Below are positions 52,516-62,122 of a stretch of DNA of 64,000 nucleotides, one piece after another. Origin of the DNA: an uncultured delta proteobacterium (GTDB taxonomy: Bacteria; Desulfobacterota; Desulfobacteria; Desulfobacterales; SG8-13); contig CAWKCK010000002.1 of NCBI GenBank assembly GCA_963848135.1, forward strand, positions 573,684-637,683. The letters run 5' to 3'. The first letter of the stretch is position 1; each line of letters opens with the position of its first letter. The translations under genes were made by a program, and so were the position numbers. The notes beneath the pieces are model-generated. The model was not told where the DNA came from and did not search any database. It saw only the letters and a list, made by a program, of their open reading frames with translations.

Positions 52516-52962
52516 TTACAGGGACGCCAACACCTTCTCACATTGCTTGGCACAATTGACGCAGGCGTCAGCACATTCCTTGCACGGCTTGTGCGTGGCT
52601 TCATGAACGCGACAGGCTTTTTCACAGTCGTTGCAGACCTTGATACAGAACTGAAGGTAGTCTTTCAAATGCTTCGACTCGTAGGATGCCAGTTTCGCGA
52701 GTGTCGCGCAAACCGGCATCATTTCCTGAACACGCGCTGCGCATTCGGCCAACGAGGTATCCCCGAAGTGAGCGAGGCAGTGCTGAATACAGGCCTCGCC
52801 TTTTTTGAGGCAGTTTAATCCCGAATCGACAAGATTTTCAAATTTCTTTCCGTAACCATGCCCCGTTTTCGAATCTTTTGCATGTTTCATGGCAAAGGCA
52901 TTACTCGTAAATAGTGCGGCCAATCCTGCACCGGTTCCGATCAGCATTTCTCTTCTATTCAT
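52516..52962 (-). CDS. Tat-exported four-helix-bundle copper storage protein (Csp1/2-like)
   Basis: Twin-arginine signal MNRREML; 14 Cys, mostly in CxxC/CxxxC spacing. Confidence 0.88.
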   Translation of the reverse strand: MNRREMLIGTGAGLAALFTSNAFAMKHAKDSKTGHGYGKKFENLVDSGLNCLKKGEACIQHCLAHFGDTSLAECAARVQEMMPVCATLAKLASYESKHLKDYLQFCIKVCNDCEKACRVHEATHKPCKECADACVNCAKQCEKVLASL

Positions 52963-53165
52963 CTTTCCTTCCTTTCTGACTGCTCAATATTCATTCAGAT
53001 GTCATAAGATGGCCCGGCAGGGTGTCAAAATAATCTTGCTCACAAAGAAACAAAGCACGTCTATACCATACGATATGTAAGCGGACTATATTTGGATTAT
53101 TTTGGCTTACTGGAAGGTGAAAATATTTTTCGACATCCTGTTTAAATGTTAAAACCAAATTGAGC

Positions 53166-53266
53166 GAATTTCAAGTTTGCCGCAGATACAAGGTAAATGT
53201 CGTTCCGCTATAGTCTGCTATGCGGGACTGCATTTGACGCCGTAGCTGTGGTGAAATTGGAAATCC
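53166..53266. repeat. Imperfect palindromic REP-like element
   Basis: Arms AATTTCAAGTTTGCCGCAG / CTGTGGTGAAATTGGAAAT and AAATGTCGTTCCGCTATAG / CTATGCGGGACTGCATTT around a TCTG loop. Confidence 0.55.
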
Positions 53267-53486
53267 CGTAAGGTTTCATATTTTCGAAAGTCAAATTGGC
53301 ACAGTTCCTTATAATTATGTTTAATTTGGACATCTCGAAAATATGAAACGCTCAACTTTGGTTAATTCCACATAAGCAATGAGATGTCCCCAAACCAATT
53401 CAGCCGAAAGATAATAGTTTGAAATCGATTGTCAACGACCCCGCATTGCCGAACTGGTGACATCCCGTTTTATATACCGACTTATG

Positions 53487-53528
53487 AAAAAATTAGGGGC
53501 AGAATCGCAACCGACTCTGCCCCTAATT
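53487..53528 (-). terminator. Intrinsic terminator downstream of nosL-like gene
   Basis: Minus strand AATTAGGGGCAGAGTCGGTTGCGATTCTGCCCCTAATTTTTT. Confidence 0.75.
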
Positions 53529-53707
53529 CTATAGTGATTTTTAAAATTACATTCCGTTTTGATAAATATAATAATCATCGATTCGGGAGTTAGTTAACTC
53601 CTGAAACTGTCAAACTTTGGGAGTCTCCCTTGCAAAGCTGTGGGTTTACCGAAGATTATTATATTCTGACAACCTCTATAACATACATTTAGAACCCTGG
53701 TCGGGCT

Positions 53708-54223
53708 TTATTTTTGGACTTTGGGTTTCCTCATCTTCATCAATCGCCTTTTCTTCTGAAGAATCAGGGTGTCTTCGTACATGTCTTCGAAGGCCGCCCG
53801 CATGACTTCCTCGAATGTGGCCGGTCGTCCCCCGTGCTCTTTCATGAAATTGTCGGCCGCCTTCTTTGAATTAAAAGCCCACTTGGCCCGGGCCGTCATC
53901 ACCCCCATTCTTTCACCCCCGATGACCCAGTAGGCCTTGTCGGCATCGATCTGCTGTTTGGAGTTGTAGTCCCCTACGGTGATCTTTGATACCGGCATCT
54001 CGCTGTGCAGGGCCATATCGATCGCAGCGCAGTGGACCGAACAAACGCCTGCTTCAGAGCCGTCCTCGTGTTTGATGATGACCCAGGAATGACCATATTT
54101 GGCCTGGCTCATACCACAGTAGACACAGTCACCGTCATCGGCCTGCCCGTAAGCGGAAAAACATAAGATAACAATAACAGCTGCAAGCGTCAGAATCCAT
54201 TTGTGCCGGCTTCCTACTGTCAT
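53708..54223 (-). CDS. NosL family copper-binding protein
   Basis: Signal peptide; CVYCGM, CSVHC, DADKAYWVIG, GVM, AF...A..F..EHGG. Start after GGAGG (ORF track 54238). Confidence 0.85.
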   Translation of the reverse strand: MTVGSRHKWILTLAAVIVILCFSAYGQADDGDCVYCGMSQAKYGHSWVIIKHEDGSEAGVCSVHCAAIDMALHSEMPVSKITVGDYNSKQQIDADKAYWVIGGERMGVMTARAKWAFNSKKAADNFMKEHGGRPATFEEVMRAAFEDMYEDTLILQKKRRLMKMRKPKVQK

Positions 54224-54333
54224 CCCTGCACCTCCCATGTCCTTTTAAACTTGATTGTCGTATTTCCTTTGCGGTGTAATGATAAAAGATGCAAGTATGA
54301 AAATCAACCTGTCACTAAGCACCAACCAACAGA

Positions 54334-56235
54334 TTGTCCAAAAGGATGACAATGCACGGCAATAAAAATGAGCATAGAATCTTCCGAAGTATCCTTGACA
54401 CCTTGCGTCGCTCCGCCTGGCCTCTTTTTCTCACGGGTCTATTTTACAGGCTGATTGCCCTGACTCTCCTCACGCCCCTGGTGAGCATGTTGACGTCGAT
54501 GCTGATTGCAGTGAGTGGTCCAAGCACCATCGTCAACGACAGGATAGCCTCCTTTTTTCTTGAACCACTCGGTTTGTTCACGCTCATCGTTGTGGCGGCA
54601 GTAAGCCTGACTCTGATCGCCATTGAACAGGCCTGCCTGATGGCCATAGTTTTTGAAAAAGGGCAAACTGGCCTCTCCAAGGCGACCAATGCTCTGAAGT
54701 TTGTGTTATCCCGTTCCGTTTCGGTCCTCTACCTCACCGGACGGATTGTTCTGCGTGTCCTGGTGCACGGCCTCCCCTTCCTGGTCCTGGTAGGAATGGT
54801 GTATTATTTCCTGCTGACCGGGCACGACATCAACTATTATCTGACGCAACAACCGCCGGTTTTCAAATGGGCCCTTGTCATCGTTGGAATAATTGGCTTG
54901 GGATTCACTGTTGCCCTTGCCCGCCTGGCTGCTGGGGTGATCCTGTCTCTGCCGATACTTCTGTTCGAATCAAGATCGCCAGTGTCCGCTTTGCGTGAGA
55001 GTCGCCTCAGAGCCCGTGGACACCGGAACTACTTCGCTATGGGAGTTTTTGTTTGGGGGATGGCCGTCCTTTCTGTTAGCGGTATCACTACGACTCTCAT
55101 TATGTGGTTGGGCCGGCTGGTGGCTCCAGCTCTTGTGAACCAAACTTACCTGCTCGTATTTTTTTTTGGCGGACTTTTTTTATCCATTACTCTCGTGCAA
55201 TTGCTGGTCAGCATGGCAGCAACCGCGAGCTTCAGCTTATTGGTCGTTGAATGGTATCGTCCTCTATCACCCGTTACATCTGATATAATTATAATATCGG
55301 CAAACAGTATAAAGACCAATCGAATCTTAACTCCCCGCATTTCAGGCCGTATGCTATTCGCCGTAACATCAGCAGCGTCTGTCGTAGCATTGTCAACCGG
55401 TTGGCTAATTCTTTCACGTGTCGATTTAGTGGACCGCACCGAAATCATGGCTCACCGGGGCGCGTCGGCAGCAGCCCCTGAAAACACCATGGCGGCAATC
55501 GAAAAAGCCATTGCCGACGGTGCGCATTGGATCGAAATCGATGTACAACGGACTGCAGATGACCATATCGTCGTTGTACATGACAGAGATCTCATGAAAA
55601 TCGGCGCGAAGCCTCTTATCGTCACCGAATCCTTGCTGCAGGACATCGTGAAGGTGGACGTCGGCAGCTGGTTCGATCCGGCATTTTCGAACCAGCGCAT
55701 TCCGACCCTTGGCGAGGTGCTCAGTCACTGTAAAGATAAAATCAAGATCAACATCGAACTTAAATATTATAAATGGGATGAACGCCTTGCACTCAGTGTG
55801 ATCGAAATCGTGGAAAACTCACAGATGGAAAATGACATTGTGGTCATGTCATTGAAGCCGGAAGCCGTTCTCCAGGTCAAAATCGCACGTCCCAGCTGGC
55901 AGGTGGGCCTTTTGAGTGCAGCTGCACTTACCGACCTTATCGGTGAGGAGGCCGATTTTCTCGCGGTTCATTCCAAACTGGCGACACCAGGCTTCATCCG
56001 TCGTGCTCACAAAGCCGAAAAGTCCCTTTATGTGTGGACTGTCAACGACGCCGTCAGCATGATGCAGATGTTTGACCGTGGAGTCGACGCACTTATCACC
56101 GACAAACCCAAACTGGCTGCGCGCCTCCTCGAACAACGGAAGAAACTCGAACCGGCTGAACGAATGTTGATGGCCGCGGGTCTCTTGACGCTGGGAGAGC
56201 CCGATCATGTCGATCCGTCCGGCGACGGTTTATGA
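54334..56235 (+). CDS. Glycerophosphodiester phosphodiesterase with N-terminal membrane domain
   Basis: Multi-TM N-terminus; AHRGAS, PENT, EIDVQ, VHD, IELK, VWTVND, ITDKP. Start uncertain. Confidence 0.9.
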   Translation: MSKRMTMHGNKNEHRIFRSILDTLRRSAWPLFLTGLFYRLIALTLLTPLVSMLTSMLIAVSGPSTIVNDRIASFFLEPLGLFTLIVVAAVSLTLIAIEQACLMAIVFEKGQTGLSKATNALKFVLSRSVSVLYLTGRIVLRVLVHGLPFLVLVGMVYYFLLTGHDINYYLTQQPPVFKWALVIVGIIGLGFTVALARLAAGVILSLPILLFESRSPVSALRESRLRARGHRNYFAMGVFVWGMAVLSVSGITTTLIMWLGRLVAPALVNQTYLLVFFFGGLFLSITLVQLLVSMAATASFSLLVVEWYRPLSPVTSDIIIISANSIKTNRILTPRISGRMLFAVTSAASVVALSTGWLILSRVDLVDRTEIMAHRGASAAAPENTMAAIEKAIADGAHWIEIDVQRTADDHIVVVHDRDLMKIGAKPLIVTESLLQDIVKVDVGSWFDPAFSNQRIPTLGEVLSHCKDKIKINIELKYYKWDERLALSVIEIVENSQMENDIVVMSLKPEAVLQVKIARPSWQVGLLSAAALTDLIGEEADFLAVHSKLATPGFIRRAHKAEKSLYVWTVNDAVSMMQMFDRGVDALITDKPKLAARLLEQRKKLEPAERMLMAAGLLTLGEPDHVDPSGDGL

Positions 56236-56500
56236 ATCCAAATTTATCAGCGCCTGGCCTCTATGTGTAACGTCTCGCCTATTCAAACCAGAGCTTCTCT
56301 CCAACTCTGATACAATTCTAAGATTTTCTAAAAACCGCCACGAGAATCGAATTTTTGACAGTAATACTATTGGTCCAAAAGAATTATTTGCTGGAAACAG
56401 CTTCCAGAGTGATCATCTTTAAACTGTTAGACGACCGCGCGGGGGCGAATATCTTTGGAGGAGGCAAATCAGGGCGTTATCAAAGAAAGGAGGAAGTAAC

Positions 56501-56794
56501 ATGGCAACATACATTATCTTAACCAATTACACCCAGAAGGGTATAGAATCCGTTAAAGAAAGCCCTGCCCGGCTTGACGCAGCCAAGCAGGCCTTCAAGG
56601 CCATGGGCGCTGAGATGAAACAATTTTATCTCGTAACCGGGCGGTATGATATCATCATTGTTGCAGAAGCCCCTGACGATGCGACAGTCGCAAAGATCGC
56701 ACTTGCCATCGGGTCAAAAGGTGCCGTCCGCACCGAAACATTTCGGGCATTTACCGAGGGCGAATATCGCAATATCATTCAGGCGATTCCCTGA
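56501..56794 (+). CDS. GYD domain protein
   Basis: YIIL.NYTQKG, GRYD, VRTETFRAF; AGGAGG RBS. Confidence 0.88.
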   Translation: MATYIILTNYTQKGIESVKESPARLDAAKQAFKAMGAEMKQFYLVTGRYDIIIVAEAPDDATVAKIALAIGSKGAVRTETFRAFTEGEYRNIIQAIP

Positions 56795-56901
56795 AATTGA
56801 AACGCATCGCCCCTGAATACCGCCACGATGCGCCTCCCTAAACCTTGCAGCAGCGCGATTCTCTTACCCTGAAAACCTTATGATGTGTTCGTGCTAATAC
56901 C

Positions 56902-58239
56902 CTATGTTTCCGATACGACCAGAACATTATTCAAGGTGCCGAACTCGTTGGGGACAGTAAATTCATTCTCAGAGCATTCGCGCCAATGGCCGTCCACCAT
57001 AAATTTGAATTCATAACGTCCCGGAGGAAGTCTCAGAGTTGTCTTCCAGCGTCCCTCATCGTCCTTAGACATGGGGTGATTCTCATTGTCCCATTTGTTG
57101 AAATCTCCGGCCACGTTGACTTCCTTCGCATCTATCGCCTTCAGCCGCAGGGTGACCTTTCGGCTCAACGAATTGACACCGACGTTTTGAATCTCGAGCT
57201 TTTCCCCTTTGGCCAGCCAGAACAGCTGTTGAGCAAGGTCTGAGCTGCTCTGAATGTACTGTTCAATAGTCCTGATCTGCTCCGTGTAAGGGGTGTCTGA
57301 TGGCATTCTGTGACTCACAACCGACGCCATGACTTGAGTGGCCGACAGTAGATTGCTTAAATCTAAAGCTATACAACCTGCCAGCTTGTTGAGCGTATCG
57401 ATATTTTGGGCCTGCTGGATTTCTTGTTCCAAAACTCTGCGCCGGGTCATATCGCGGACGATGCCGTAAGTGCCGATATGGATATTGTCACTGCCTCCCT
57501 TTCTATAGACACCTGTGGCATTCAATTCGACGACGGCATAATTTCCGTTGCCGTGGTTTCCTTTTCTGAGCGGCCCCGGTTTCAACCGCAACTCAAAACC
57601 GGAAGTTGCCCGGTTTCCGGTGCGCCTTTCATTAAATCGCCATTGCGCGCCGGTGATGTCATCTCCGTACAAAACTGATTCAAAATGTTGTCCGATCAAA
57701 TCAGTCGGCCGGTAACCAAACAGTTTTTCAGCACCGGTATTGATGTATTTGAAACGACCCGCAGGATCAAGCGTGTAAACCATGTCGGGTGTGGTTTTGA
57801 GCAGGAACCGGAAACGTCGTTCCGAGAGACTCAGACGGCCGCTCAGGATCTGGTTTTTGTTTCGGAGCCTTTTCTGATGTAATGCGTTATCCACAGTGTT
57901 GAGCAATTCTTCGGGTTCAAAAGGTTTTTTCAGATAATCATAGGCTCCCTTGCGCAAGGCCTTGACCGCCGATTCTACCGTTGCGTCACCGGTTATCATG
58001 ACCACGGGCGCATTGGGTTGTTCCGCCCGGATCCGATCCAATAAATTAAACCCATCCAGATCGGGAATGTGAACATCAAGCAGGAATATGTCTGCCCGGT
58101 CCTGTTCGATATTCTTAAGCGCGGAAACACCGGATGTGCTGGAAGATACCTCATAACCGGCATTGCGCATGATGGCTTCCAAACTTTGGCACATTCTCTC
58201 TTCGTCATCCACGATAAAGACCTTGGGGACCTGTTTCAT
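56902..58239 (-). CDS. REC-PAS-degenerate HisKA-CBM48 (AMPK-beta-like glycogen-binding) fusion protein
   Basis: REC (VDDE, LLDV, KPF); PAS; LAGCIALDLSNLL pseudo H-box; C-terminal EVNVAGDFNKW...LPPGRYEFKFMVDGHW...NEFGTLNN. Confidence 0.85.
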   Translation of the reverse strand: MKQVPKVFIVDDEERMCQSLEAIMRNAGYEVSSSTSGVSALKNIEQDRADIFLLDVHIPDLDGFNLLDRIRAEQPNAPVVMITGDATVESAVKALRKGAYDYLKKPFEPEELLNTVDNALHQKRLRNKNQILSGRLSLSERRFRFLLKTTPDMVYTLDPAGRFKYINTGAEKLFGYRPTDLIGQHFESVLYGDDITGAQWRFNERRTGNRATSGFELRLKPGPLRKGNHGNGNYAVVELNATGVYRKGGSDNIHIGTYGIVRDMTRRRVLEQEIQQAQNIDTLNKLAGCIALDLSNLLSATQVMASVVSHRMPSDTPYTEQIRTIEQYIQSSSDLAQQLFWLAKGEKLEIQNVGVNSLSRKVTLRLKAIDAKEVNVAGDFNKWDNENHPMSKDDEGRWKTTLRLPPGRYEFKFMVDGHWRECSENEFTVPNEFGTLNNVLVVSET

Positions 58240-58384
58240 ATCCTTGCTCCTGTTACTTCGGAATTATTGTTTTTGATGTCCCGACACCGGTGACACCGTT
58301 CCCCACCCTTATGCTGACAATCAATCCACCCCGGATCCAGAGCCTCAATAGAGCATTCCTCCAAATGGGTAAAATAAGGATTCA

Positions 58385-59482
58385 TCAGGGACTGAACCCT
58401 TTTCCGAACCACTTCTCCATGTTCGTTGCAACATCGCCGGACTCATCTAGCGCCAGCAAGTTGCGATTGATTTCTTCCCGCAGCGGACTACCCTGGCGAA
58501 CGGCAATCCCATAATACTGTCGCTCAAACATATTGCCAATAACTTCGACCTTGCCCTTGCCTGTCGTGTTGGCATAATACCTCAAAACCGGGGCATCATA
58601 TACCACGGCATCGACCGCCTTAACCAGAAGGGCCTTAAACATCTGGTCCGCGCTTACGAATTTGAAGAGAAGTGACTGCTTTTCACGCATGTACGCATCA
58701 CTGGTGGTCCCCTTAATCACCCCCACTTTCTTGCCGGCCAAGTCTTCAGGGCCCTGAATACTTCCCTTGAGATTGTGGAGTGTCAGATCCGACGACAACG
58801 TCGCAATCAAAAATCCGAATAGCGGCAGGAAGAGAAGGATCAGGAGGCTACTCAGCACTTTGCCGATCCATTTTTTGGGCACGAGATCGCCGTAACCAAC
58901 GGTGCTGGCAGTGACCAGGGCCCAATACATCCCGTCCAATACACCCGGGTAGTAGTTACGGTTAAAATTGGTGGACCATTTTTTGGTGCTTCGCTCAGCC
59001 AACCAGATAACGTGCCCGGCAATCACGATCAGCAGGACAAGTATAAGGAAAATGAACAGCTTGTTTCTCTCAAACAGCGAACCCATGAGCGTAAAAAAAC
59101 CGGGATTCCTGTCTGTTCGTATCATTATGTCCAACCCTGACCGGAAAGTCGGTTGGGAAAAATCGAATTGTGTCTCGCGCTCTTCGGTTATGGTGATTCC
59201 CCCGATAGCCACATCGATGCGACCTTCGGCCAACCTCTGGAGTTTGTCGGCAACACCGGTGCATTCGACGAACTCGTATTTGGTTCCAAGCAGATCGGCC
59301 AATTTTTTCCAGGAATCGATGGCAAAACCCGCCGGACCGTCCTTGGAGAGCAAGACAAAAGGTGTAAACGGGCTGATACCGACCTTCAGAACCGGTTCCG
59401 ATGCCCGGGCGGATACCGACAACCCATAAAACAAAATGACGAGGATAGCAACAAAGGCAGCGGTGGTTCGTGGTCGCTTCAT
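58385..59482 (-). CDS. Ligand-gated K+ channel (GluR0-like: SBP split by TM-pore-TM)
   Basis: S1 segment with ITITEERE, pore TVGYGD filter, S2 segment with GTTS and YGIAV. Start uncertain (ORF track 59605). Confidence 0.88.
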   Translation of the reverse strand: MKRPRTTAAFVAILVILFYGLSVSARASEPVLKVGISPFTPFVLLSKDGPAGFAIDSWKKLADLLGTKYEFVECTGVADKLQRLAEGRIDVAIGGITITEERETQFDFSQPTFRSGLDIMIRTDRNPGFFTLMGSLFERNKLFIFLILVLLIVIAGHVIWLAERSTKKWSTNFNRNYYPGVLDGMYWALVTASTVGYGDLVPKKWIGKVLSSLLILLFLPLFGFLIATLSSDLTLHNLKGSIQGPEDLAGKKVGVIKGTTSDAYMREKQSLLFKFVSADQMFKALLVKAVDAVVYDAPVLRYYANTTGKGKVEVIGNMFERQYYGIAVRQGSPLREEINRNLLALDESGDVATNMEKWFGKGFSP

Positions 59483-59869
59483 CGGCTTGTATCCCATCGG
59501 TGTCATCCTGCCATTCGCTCTCGCATAACCTTTTTCTTTACCGCCATTTATTCTTTTTGTCACTCCCTGATAATAATTTCGTTGATCGTTCAGGTTTGCC
59601 GTCATTCAGCTTAACGCGCGGCGGCCACCAGCACGGGTTGAGTTTTTCAGCCGTGCCGTGCAGGCTCCTGCCCCGAATGATAGCCCGACAAACACGCTTC
59701 TTGTCAAGTAGAATAGCATTGGTGGTTTCATTATGGCGTCCATTGGCACTTCGATGGGACGCCTCGCAGTCGAACAGAATGACTGCTGTGACTGCTTTGA
59801 CGCCATCATCATATGTAGGCTGCTTGGCGTCATTTGACCGGTCCAGCCGGTTAATTGATGCAACCATTT

Positions 59870-60790
59870 TCATACATCCAAACTGCCGATCAAATCGGAT
59901 AGCCGTTTGAGCCTGTTCTCCTTGAGGTAATCCTCGATGCCAACAAGAATCTCGGTGGTCGCCCGCGGGTTGACGAAATTGGCTGTCCCCACTTGAACGG
60001 CGGCCGCTCCGGCAATTAGAAACTCCAGAGCATCATGCGCGCTGGTTATCCCGCCGATGCCGATAACAGGGACGTCGACCGCTTGACAGACCTGCCAGAC
60101 CATTCGCAAGGCCACCGGCTTTATCGCCGGGCCGGAAAGCCCGCCGGTAAAATTCGCCAATACCGGGCGACGCTTGACCACATCGATCGCCATGCCGGTA
60201 ATGGTGTTTATCAGTGACAGGGCATCTGCGCCTTCGGCGACAACACGACGCGCGATGACCGTGATGTCGGTAACGTTCGGCGAAAGCTTAACGATCAGAG
60301 TTTTGGCTGTATTTTTCCTGACGGCGCTCACAACCTGACCGGCCACCTCCGGATCAACGCCGAAGGCCACCCCCCCGGCCTTAACATTCGGGCATGAAAT
60401 GTTTACCTCGATGCCGAGAACGCCTTCGACCGCATCGATGCGTGCGGCCAAAGCCGCATATTCCTCAATGCTTCGGCCGTAAATGTTGACAAATACCGGT
60501 GTCGATAAACGCACCAGAAACGGTAGCTTTTCGGTGATAAAAGCCTCTATGCCGACATTCTCCAACCCGATGGCATTTAACATGCCGCAGGCCGTCTCGA
60601 CAATGCGAGGCGGCCGGTTGCCTTTGCTCGGCGCCAATGATAGGCCTTTGACAATAATACCGCCAAGCCGGTTCAGGTCGACATACGTCTCGAATTCCCG
60701 GGCATATCCAAAGGTGCCGGAGGCGGTCATCACCGGGTTACGAAGTCGGATGCCACCGATATCCGTGGTTAAATCAGGTTGGGTGTTCAT
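59870..60790 (-). CDS. pyrD: Dihydroorotate dehydrogenase (class 1B catalytic subunit)
   Basis: TASGTFG, NAIGLEN, NISCPN, KLSPN, GGLSG, VGTANF. Confidence 0.95.
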   Translation of the reverse strand: MNTQPDLTTDIGGIRLRNPVMTASGTFGYAREFETYVDLNRLGGIIVKGLSLAPSKGNRPPRIVETACGMLNAIGLENVGIEAFITEKLPFLVRLSTPVFVNIYGRSIEEYAALAARIDAVEGVLGIEVNISCPNVKAGGVAFGVDPEVAGQVVSAVRKNTAKTLIVKLSPNVTDITVIARRVVAEGADALSLINTITGMAIDVVKRRPVLANFTGGLSGPAIKPVALRMVWQVCQAVDVPVIGIGGITSAHDALEFLIAGAAAVQVGTANFVNPRATTEILVGIEDYLKENRLKRLSDLIGSLDV

Positions 60791-60818
60791 AATTTATCGC
60801 TTATACCGGTTGTAAAAG

Positions 60819-61718
60819 CTATCGCACCGCCTTCAGGACCGCCTTGATTCTGGCCTCCAGGTTGATGAGGTAGGCGGGCTCAGGTTGTTTGGGGCCTGGA
60901 TTGGAATCATACTCAATGGCTTTTATTTTCCGTATGATTTCTGATTGTTGTCTACCTGCCGCCTCTGCCAGAGTTTCAACCATTCGACGAAAATCGATAC
61001 AGGCGGCCTGAGCCCTTTCCAAGTAATCGACGGTATCAGCGCCGCTGTAGACAAACAGGTGGCCGGCGCACAAAATGTCTGCTTCCAGGGCTTTGAGCTT
61101 CAACAATGATTCGAGGTAACGATCGTAATCCGCAAGGCAATCCGATACGATGTAGCCGGTCCTGTCTGCCTGCCCGGCAGCTTCGGATGACAGCAAAATA
61201 CTTTTTCCCACAACCAGGTAACTGAGACAATCCCACGTGTGGCCCGGGCTTTCGATCACATTGACCATGCAGCCAGCTGAAACCTCCACCCGATGACCCT
61301 CCTGCACGACACGGTCGACATCGAAAGTTTCAAAACGTCGGTCTGAATTGTAAGAGATACCGGTTTGCTTCACTAAAGGTTCGGCAGCGGTGTTCAGAAA
61401 ACGGATCTGATCGACAGCACTCGGCCGTTGCAGAATTTCTCTCGCTTTTTTACTGGCCACCACTTGCATCTGTGGGTAACGGCTCTTAAAAGCGGCAACT
61501 GCCCCACAATGATCAAAGTGAGCATGCGTGAGAAAGCAGTAAGCCGGCTTCCGGTCCCCCAGAATCTTATCGATCTCCCTAATGTACAGATCACCAAGCA
61601 TAGCGACGCCGGCATCGAATATCACCGGAAAGGGACCGTCCAGCAGATAGACCGGAATGGCCGGATGGCCCAGCACGTAGAAGTCGTCAGCAATTTTTCC
61701 GCCTTGGGAATAGATCAT
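60819..61718 (-). CDS. Metallo-beta-lactamase fold hydrolase
   Basis: THAHFDHCG, SPGHT, AGH. Confidence 0.88.
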   Translation of the reverse strand: MIYSQGGKIADDFYVLGHPAIPVYLLDGPFPVIFDAGVAMLGDLYIREIDKILGDRKPAYCFLTHAHFDHCGAVAAFKSRYPQMQVVASKKAREILQRPSAVDQIRFLNTAAEPLVKQTGISYNSDRRFETFDVDRVVQEGHRVEVSAGCMVNVIESPGHTWDCLSYLVVGKSILLSSEAAGQADRTGYIVSDCLADYDRYLESLLKLKALEADILCAGHLFVYSGADTVDYLERAQAACIDFRRMVETLAEAAGRQQSEIIRKIKAIEYDSNPGPKQPEPAYLINLEARIKAVLKAVR

Positions 61719-62122
61719 ACCTTCTCCGACTGTTGGCCGGTGTTTTTCTGGACGTCACCATACACAAAATTAATTTTGAAAACAACGGGGACTCTCAATA
61801 ATTTTCTTCACGAATAATGACCCGGAAGGTGCCGTCAGGAAATTCTCAGGGAGCCTGCAGATTCAATGCCCTCCGGCAAGGCTGGGGGAAGGTTTAGTGA
61901 AGCGTTCGAAGCCGTCCTTTATACCGTTATACCGTTTGTCCTAAATTCGCTTGTTTTACAGGACGCATTTGACCATGGCGAGATGGGCTATCCGTCATAG
62001 GAGCGAAAATGTAATCGGGGCTGACGCGGACGTCCAGCGGCACCTTGGCAGGGTAAGGGAACAACCGGGCCCTGGAAATTGCAGGCCGGGGAGCAATGGC
62101 GTGAGTCGAACTTAAAACGGTT

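Noticed and set aside
53053..53070. TGGTATAGACGTGC upstream of the copper storage gene as a sigma54 promoter
   Set aside because: GG-to-GC spacing is 9 nt, not the required 10.
61788..61857. GGGACTCTCAATAATTT ... AAATTCTCAGGGAGCC as mini-IS ends
   Set aside because: Inverted match is weak, there is no target duplication, and no second copy occurs in the window.
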